This document shows, in pieces, positions 34,365 through 40,524 of a stretch of DNA of 40,524 bases (positions within the stretch are counted from its first letter, which is position 1; the number at the start of each line of letters is the position of its first letter). Source of the stretch: Azolla caroliniana. Taxonomy: Eukaryota > Plantae > Polypodiophyta. The stretch is taken from the NCBI GenBank assembly GCA_043228905.1, contig JBHGNT010000277.1, positions 1 through 40,524 on the forward strand, in the 5' to 3' direction. Position numbers and translations under genes: made by a program. Under the pieces are notes generated by a model that saw nothing but the letters and a program-made list of their open reading frames with translations, searched no databases and was not told where the DNA came from.

Positions 34365-35522
34365 ATGGCTACTGTTAGCGCCCAAGAATATCAATCCGTT
34401 TTCTCCGAGTTACAGTGCCTAAAAGAAAAGTTTGTTGCCTTGGAACAAGAAAACCAACAGCTGATAGGGGATCTGCAACAAATAGCTCTAGAAAAGCAAC
34501 AAACGCAGCAACAACATGGGGAGTTAGCGTTACGGGTGCAACAACTCGAAGCGGCATTGCAACAACAAGGATCAAGTCCCCAAGGATTTCATAAAGAGCC
34601 GAAGATTGGACTTCCTGTGAAATTTGATGGAACGCGATCGCAATTCAGGGGATTCCTTAATCAGGTACGATTAGTCCTCCAAATGCATCCTTCCCGATAC
34701 CCCACTGATGCATCCCGAGTCAGCTTAATATGCACGTTGCTTAGCGGCTCAACCTTAGCATGGTTCGCTCCGCTTCTAGAAAAACAATCGTCCTTGCTTA
34801 ATAACTTTGAAGATTTTATTAGTGAGTTCAAAGCCTCCTTTAGAGACACCGATAGCATCAGGACAGCAATCAACAAGATCCGGCGATTGCGTCAAGGCGA
34901 TCGTCTAGCCTCTGCCTACGCTGCGGATTTTCGCCTACTCGCTTCCGACATACCCTGGGATGATCAAGCACTAATGGAGCAGTTTCGCTCTGGCCTGCGA
35001 AATGATGTCAAAGATCTACTTCTAACCTTCCCCGAAGAACCAAAGTCTCTTACGGAGGCAATCAGTCGAGCGGTCCGATGTGACAACCGCCTCTTCGAAC
35101 GGCGTTCGGAACGTCAATTACAGATACCACGCGCTAGGCCGGAGCCCACTTACGCCGCAGTCGCGGCTAGACCGTTTGCACGAGACATACCTCAAGCAAA
35201 TACTTCGACACCGATGGAGATCGATACCATGCGTCGACGCGGCCCGTTATCGGAAGAAGAAAAGCAACGCCGACGTGCAAATCGATTATGTCTTTGTTGC
35301 GGTAGACCAGGGCATATCGCAATCAATTGTCCCCATAGGCCAAGAAGACAAGTAAATCAAATTGTAGCCTGTACTAAACCCGAGTCAATTCTTCCCTTAG
35401 GAGTGTCTGATATTATTAATAGTACTAATAGAGTGTTTGATAGTATTCATAGTACTAATAGCCCAAGTATCTCAAATAAATTTGAAATCCTTAGTCAATT
35501 AGATGAAGAGTTAAATGATTGA
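34365..35522 (+). CDS. Chromovirus Gag
   Basis: Open from ATG 34365. Coiled-coil N-terminus, KFDGTRSQFRGF...LRQG..SAYAADF capsid motifs, and Zn knuckle CLCCGRPGHIAINC. Confidence 0.9.
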   Translation: MATVSAQEYQSVFSELQCLKEKFVALEQENQQLIGDLQQIALEKQQTQQQHGELALRVQQLEAALQQQGSSPQGFHKEPKIGLPVKFDGTRSQFRGFLNQVRLVLQMHPSRYPTDASRVSLICTLLSGSTLAWFAPLLEKQSSLLNNFEDFISEFKASFRDTDSIRTAINKIRRLRQGDRLASAYAADFRLLASDIPWDDQALMEQFRSGLRNDVKDLLLTFPEEPKSLTEAISRAVRCDNRLFERRSERQLQIPRARPEPTYAAVAARPFARDIPQANTSTPMEIDTMRRRGPLSEEEKQRRRANRLCLCCGRPGHIAINCPHRPRRQVNQIVACTKPESILPLGVSDIINSTNRVFDSIHSTNSPSISNKFEILSQLDEELND

Positions 35523-38500
35523 GTCCAACCAAAATAGGAGCCGTTTGGTTGGACAGCAACCCTAGATCTGTACAGCCCATTAGTGGTTCCATTCCTTCCA
35601 AGCAAGTTAGCAATGTGTTCCTAGCCCAAGTCATTGTTAGTACTAAAAGTACTCCCCCAGTACCCGTCCTAGCACTTTTAGATTCCGGAGCTAATTCCTG
35701 TTTCATGGATCGAAATTTTGCCCAAGCTTCTCAGATATCCTTAAGAAAACTTCCTTGTCCCGCATCTGTAGTATTCATTGATGGTCGTCCCATTGCTTCC
35801 GGGAATATTGTAGAAGAATCAGAACCCATTCAAGTTGTCCTAGGTAGTTTTGTGTGTGTAATATCATTTAATATAATTAGTAGTCCAGAGCATCCCATTG
35901 TCCTAGGATTACCTTGGTTTGAATTACATAATCCAGCCATAGTTTGGAGAACAAGAGAAGTCCGGTATCGACCACCCCAAGAATCAACTCACCAAGTTTC
36001 AACCATTTCACTCCATCAACTACGCGAAGAAGGACCCAAGGAGGCAATGTTCCTATTTGCAATATCAGTACATCCTTCCAGCACTATTAAGAAGGACTCC
36101 TCAGTACAACTTCCAAAAAAATATCATCCTTATGCCGATGTATTTGACAAGGTAAAAGCCGGTACCCTTCCTCATCACCGTCCCTATGACTGTCCCATCG
36201 ATTTACAACCAGGAACCGAGCCACCATGGGGACCAATTTACAACTTGTCACCCACCGAGTTAGAAGTCCTTCGAGCCTACATAGAGGAGAACTTGGCAAG
36301 CGGGTTCATCCGCCATTCGAAATCTCCGGCCGGTGCACCCATCTTCTTTGTCAAGAAGAAAGATGGCTCACTTCGTCTTGTCGTTGATTACCGCGGATTG
36401 AATAAAGTCACCATCCGGAATAGGTATGCACTTCCTCTTATATCAAGTCTTTTAGAGCGAGTTAATGGTGCCAAGTTTTTTACTAAAATCGACCTACGAG
36501 GAACGTATAACCTCGTGCGGATCCGACCGGGAGATGAGTGGAAGAGCGCCTTTCGCACGCGGTATGGGCATTTCGAGTATACTGTTATGCCGTTTGGCCT
36601 AACCAATGCACCCGCAGTCTTCCAACACATGGCAAATGATATATTCAGAGATCTCTTGGATATCTGTTTGATCATTTATCTGGATGATCTATTCATTTAT
36701 TCGAAGACCCAGGAAGAGCACAATTCTCATGTACTATTAGTACTAAAGCGACTCCGCGAGAATGGTCTTTATGCCAAGCTAGAAAAATGTAGCTTTGACT
36801 GCAAGCAAGTGGAATTTCTAGGCTACGTCATCTCCTCAAAGGGCATCGCCATGGATCCAGCTAAAATCCAAACTGTACTAGAGTGGCAAATTCCACGGTC
36901 GGTACGAGATGTACAATGTTTTCTAGGTTTTGCTAACTTCTACCGTAAGTTTATATAGGATTACTCGAAGATTATTTTACCTCTCACACAACTTACAAAG
37001 AGGGGCCAAGCATTTCTTTGGTCCATAGAAGCAGATATGGCTTTTCGACATCTTAAGAAAGCCTTTACATCAGCACCGATTCTAGCTCATGTGGATACAA
37101 GCAAACCATTCATCATGGAGGCCGACGCATCAGATTTCGCCCTCGGTAGCATCCTTTCTCAACAAGGCGATAAAGAAGAGTTGCATCCGGTGGCTTTCCA
37201 TTCGCGCAAATTCGATGTCGCAGAAATCAACTACGAAATACATGACAAGGAGTTATTAGCCATCGTGGATTCATTTGTACTCTGGCGGCATTTCTTAGAG
37301 GTCTCTCCACATCAGGTCATTGTCTTTAGCGATCATAAAAATCTTGCTTATTTTAAGAACGCTCGCGTACTAAATCGACGACAAGCTCGGTGGGGGCAAT
37401 TCCTCACGCGTTTTGACTTCAAAATCACATATCGACTGGGGAAGCAGCAAGGAAAAGCAGATGCACTATCACGACGTTCATATCTTGCACCTCGTCCTGG
37501 TGATGCAACATTTGATAATCAAAAGCAAGTAATCTTGGGACCAACACGATTGCACACGACGCGGATTTTTCACACCCCGATGGATTCATGCATTACTGAT
37601 GACATACGTGCAACCTTGAAGACGGATAGTTTTGCTCAAGACATCCTGGCGCACATCGATACTTCTCAGGCATCATGTTCTCAGTCTCAACAACCAGGTA
37701 TTGACTACCGACAATTCGAATATCATGATGGTTTGTTATTCTTTAAAAAGCGCGTATATGTCCCCGATTGCTCCTGTCGCCTTCAAATCGTCCAACATTG
37801 TCACGACACCCATACGGTGGGACATTTCGGTAGTACTAAGACGTTGGAGCTAGTGCAACGATCTTTTTGGTGGCCTCACTTGCGCCGTTTTGTCGACAAC
37901 TACGTTCGAACCTGTGATGCTTGCTGCCGAGCAAAGATGTCACGACACCATCCATATGGCTTGTTGGAACCCTTACCGATTCCAAGTAAGCCGTGGCAGT
38001 CTATTTGTCTTGATTTTATCACAGATTTGCCGGTCTCAAAGGGGTTCGATGCTATCCTAACCGTCGTTGATCGATATACGAAGATGGCACATTTTGTGCT
38101 GTGTACTAAAGCCATCACTAGCGAGGAAACCACCGCCCTTGTTATGCGTGAGGTATTTCAGCATCATGGCCTCCTAGACAGTATTATCAGTGACCGAGGC
38201 CCGCAATTTGTCTCCAAATTTTGGCAGCATCTCTTCATGATGCTCAAGGTCTCCTGCAACCTCTCCTCCAGCTACCATCCTCAGACCGACGGGCAGGCGG
38301 AACGAACAAACCAAACGCTGGCGCAATATCTCTGGTGTTTCCTGAGTTATCAACAGGACGATTGGGCCAAGATTCTCCACTTTGCGGAGTTTGCGTATAA
38401 TAATGCTATTCACTCCTCGACTCGGGTCTCCCCATTTTTCGCTTATATCGGTTTCTATCCTCGTTGGTCGGTGATCGATACTCCGGAGCTACCTACCAAC

Positions 38501-39091
38501 CCTTGTGCCGAGGATCATTTGGAGAGGCTATGCAAGATCCAGATGGATCTCTCTACTCACCTTCGTCATGCTCAACACACACAGAAGACTTATGCGGATC
38601 GTCATCGAATTCCCTCCTCTTTTGCCATCGGAGATCGAGTATGGCTCTTACGTCGTCACATCAAGACTACTCGACCGTGCGACAAGTTGGATTATCGACG
38701 ACTCGGTCTCTTCCGTATTACGGGTAAGATTAATGATGTCACCTTCCGCCTTGATCTCCCTCCGCAGCTTCAGATACATCCGGTTTTCCATTGTTCTCTT
38801 CTTGAATCTTATAAAGCAAACACCATTCCCGATCGTGTGACACCACCGCCGCCCCCGCTGGAGTTGGACGCCGGCCCGGAGTATGAAGTTGCTGCCATCC
38901 TCGATTCCAAACTTGTTCGCAACAAAATTTATTACTTGGTCGATTGGCTCAGTTATAGTGCGAGCGAATGTACTTGGGAACCCGTGGAACATGTTGCCAA
39001 TGCTCAAGATCTTCTTGCTGATTTCCACCGAAAGTATTCGGACAAACCCGGTCCGCAATTAGCGCCGACTCGTTCCACTCGTCGTCTTTAA
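35519..39091 (+). pseudogene. Chromovirus Pol (PR-RT-RNase H-INT-chromodomain) in the -1 frame, with premature stops
   Basis: LLDSGA, YLDD, ADASD, HHCC, LDFI / SDRG / AERTN, and chromodomain EYEVAAILDS...YLVDW..Y..SECTWEP. ORFs 35519 and 37037 share a frame, split by TAG at 36956-36958. Confidence 0.93.
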
Positions 39092-40044
39092 GGAGGAGAT
39101 AGTGTCATGATATGGCAAGACTCGAACCCATGACCTTATGCTACATGGGTCGAGCTCTTACCATTAGACTATGAATTGTAATTTGTAGGATATTATTTTC
39201 ATTTATGTGTTATCATAGAAAATTGATGTATATTCCAGATCTCTCTGGAACATTCTAGAAGCTTCAGGATTATTCCTAAAAACACTATAAAAGGAGGCAA
39301 AGGCATTGTTTTGAACCAAATTGGTTCAACACCAGTCTTAAGCCGATTTGTACTTATCTTTCATATAATATAAGAGCTGCTGTCATCATCCTATCTCTCT
39401 CTCTCCTCTTCTCACTTCCTCTCTCTTGGGAATCTTACGCAGTCCCATCCTCTTAGTACCAATAGTACTGCTCTTCTTAGTACTAATTCCATCTCTGCTT
39501 TAGTACTTTTCCTGACACTAGTAAGAGTTGGACGGTGGTCATCTTGACTAATGGTGAGAAGATCTCGTCATAGTCGACCCCATGTTCTTGTTTGAACCCT
39601 TTCGTGACAAGCCGAGCTTTGTACTTGGGTTTCTCTATGTCAGATACATATTTGTATTGGAAAACTCATTTGCAAGGTAGCGGCTTTCTTCCAGCTGGTA
39701 GTTCGACCAACTCCCATGTTTGATTCTTTTGAATCAAGTCCATTTCGGATTTCATGGCTTGGAGCCATGTTTCGGCGTCCGTTGCGGCCATAGCTTCTTC
39801 ATGAGTGCTTGTTCGCCTACATCAGTGTAGTTGACATAGTCAAGGCCCGGTTGAAAAATCTCTGTTGGCCTTCGAGCTCATCCAGATCTCCTGGGTGCCG
39901 AGATAAGTGGTTTAGATTCTTCGATCGACTCGGTTGGACGATCGGTATTTGTTGAACCATTTGTGTCAGGAGTCTTGTTAGGTAACCCGCCCCCAAGTCG
40001 GGATTTCGGTGGTGTCACGTTGTCCACCCCTATGGACTTAGTCG

Positions 40045-40187
40045 ACTCGGTTCGGTTGCTCACCGGAAAATAGCATTCGGCCACAACCGAGCCTTAAATA
40101 ACGAATGGAAACAAACTCGGTTCGGTTGCTGAGTGGAAAATAGCACTCGGCCACAACCGAGCCTTAAACAACGAATGGAAACAAACT
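40045..40187. repeat. 70-bp tandem duplication
   Basis: ACTCGGTTCGGTTGCT...GGAAAATAGCA.TCGGCCACAACCGAGCCTTAAA.AACGAATGGAAACAA at 40045 and 40115. Confidence 0.9.
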
Positions 40188-40524
40188 AACAACTAGATGA
40201 CATAGAATGTTAATGTGGAAAACCCTAAATGGGAAAAACCACGGGAGCCCACAGACTCCAACTATCACTATGAGAGGAGGAATACAATGTGAGACTCAGA
40301 AGCAACGACCTCGAGCTCTATGTCTTTGCTAATCGGCGGTTACAATAGAAAACTCGTTCTGTGTCTCTCTCTTTCTCCCTCACTCACTGTGTACACACTC
40401 TATCAACAACTCTCATCACACCTAAAGTGATTGGCCTAAGTCATATTTATACTTATATGACTTTAGGGCTATTTACAAATATAGCCTTGATGGGCTCACT
40501 ATGAAACATATTTACACATATGTT

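Larger units (their letters stand above)
33867..39517 (+). mobile_element. Full-length chromovirus (Tcn1/Tf1-like Ty3/gypsy), 5651 bp
   Basis: LTRs 33867-34290 and 39103-39517 (TGTCA..TGACA; roughly a dozen differences including an 8-bp indel). TSD CTAGT (33862-33866, 39518-39522). PPT AAGGAGGAGATAG at 39090-39102. gag plus pol with a chromodomain. Confidence 0.97.
22797..40524 (-). mobile_element. Large Ty1/copia remnant hosting two nested gypsy elements
   Basis: RT start at 39800-39518 ([25 protein letters not shown]) continues across TSD CTAGT to 33866-32878 (RT with deletions; RNase H YIDSDYAG...KHIEVRYH). It ends across TSD CATCT at ~22840 (RTKMGLR*). An LTR of the 5098/20850 family lies in sense from ~40060 to the window end. 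Confidence 0.85.

Overview
Plant nuclear DNA. A fern or other non-seed plant is my inference from the retroelement types and the microsatellite-rich genic style, not something the sequence proves. One host gene is present: a 10-exon euAP2 (APETALA2-type) transcription factor on the minus strand (12099..8162, about 888 aa) with an intact miR172 target site. It lies in a gene island of about 8 kb with a GA/CT-rich upstream region, flanked by nested transposons. Left of the gene are gypsy and copia fragments and a 5.8-kb hAT element (8-bp TSD). The hAT carries a degenerate transposase, an opposite-strand tandem-repeat ORF and a solo LTR. Right of the gene are a copia-in-copia nest, a solo LTR, and a large copia remnant holding two complete gypsy elements. 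One is a 10-kb non-chromovirus with an extra ORF of about 1000 codons and no PPT at its 3' LTR. The other is a 5.65-kb chromovirus. The most striking signal is in the chromovirus-type LTRs: three different ones begin TGTCATG and carry an antisense tRNA-like sequence at their outer tip. Two show Pol III A and B boxes followed by heat-shock elements; the third is cut by the window edge and shows only the B box. The complete element also has a Tf1-style self-priming PBS and a -1 frameshift signal.
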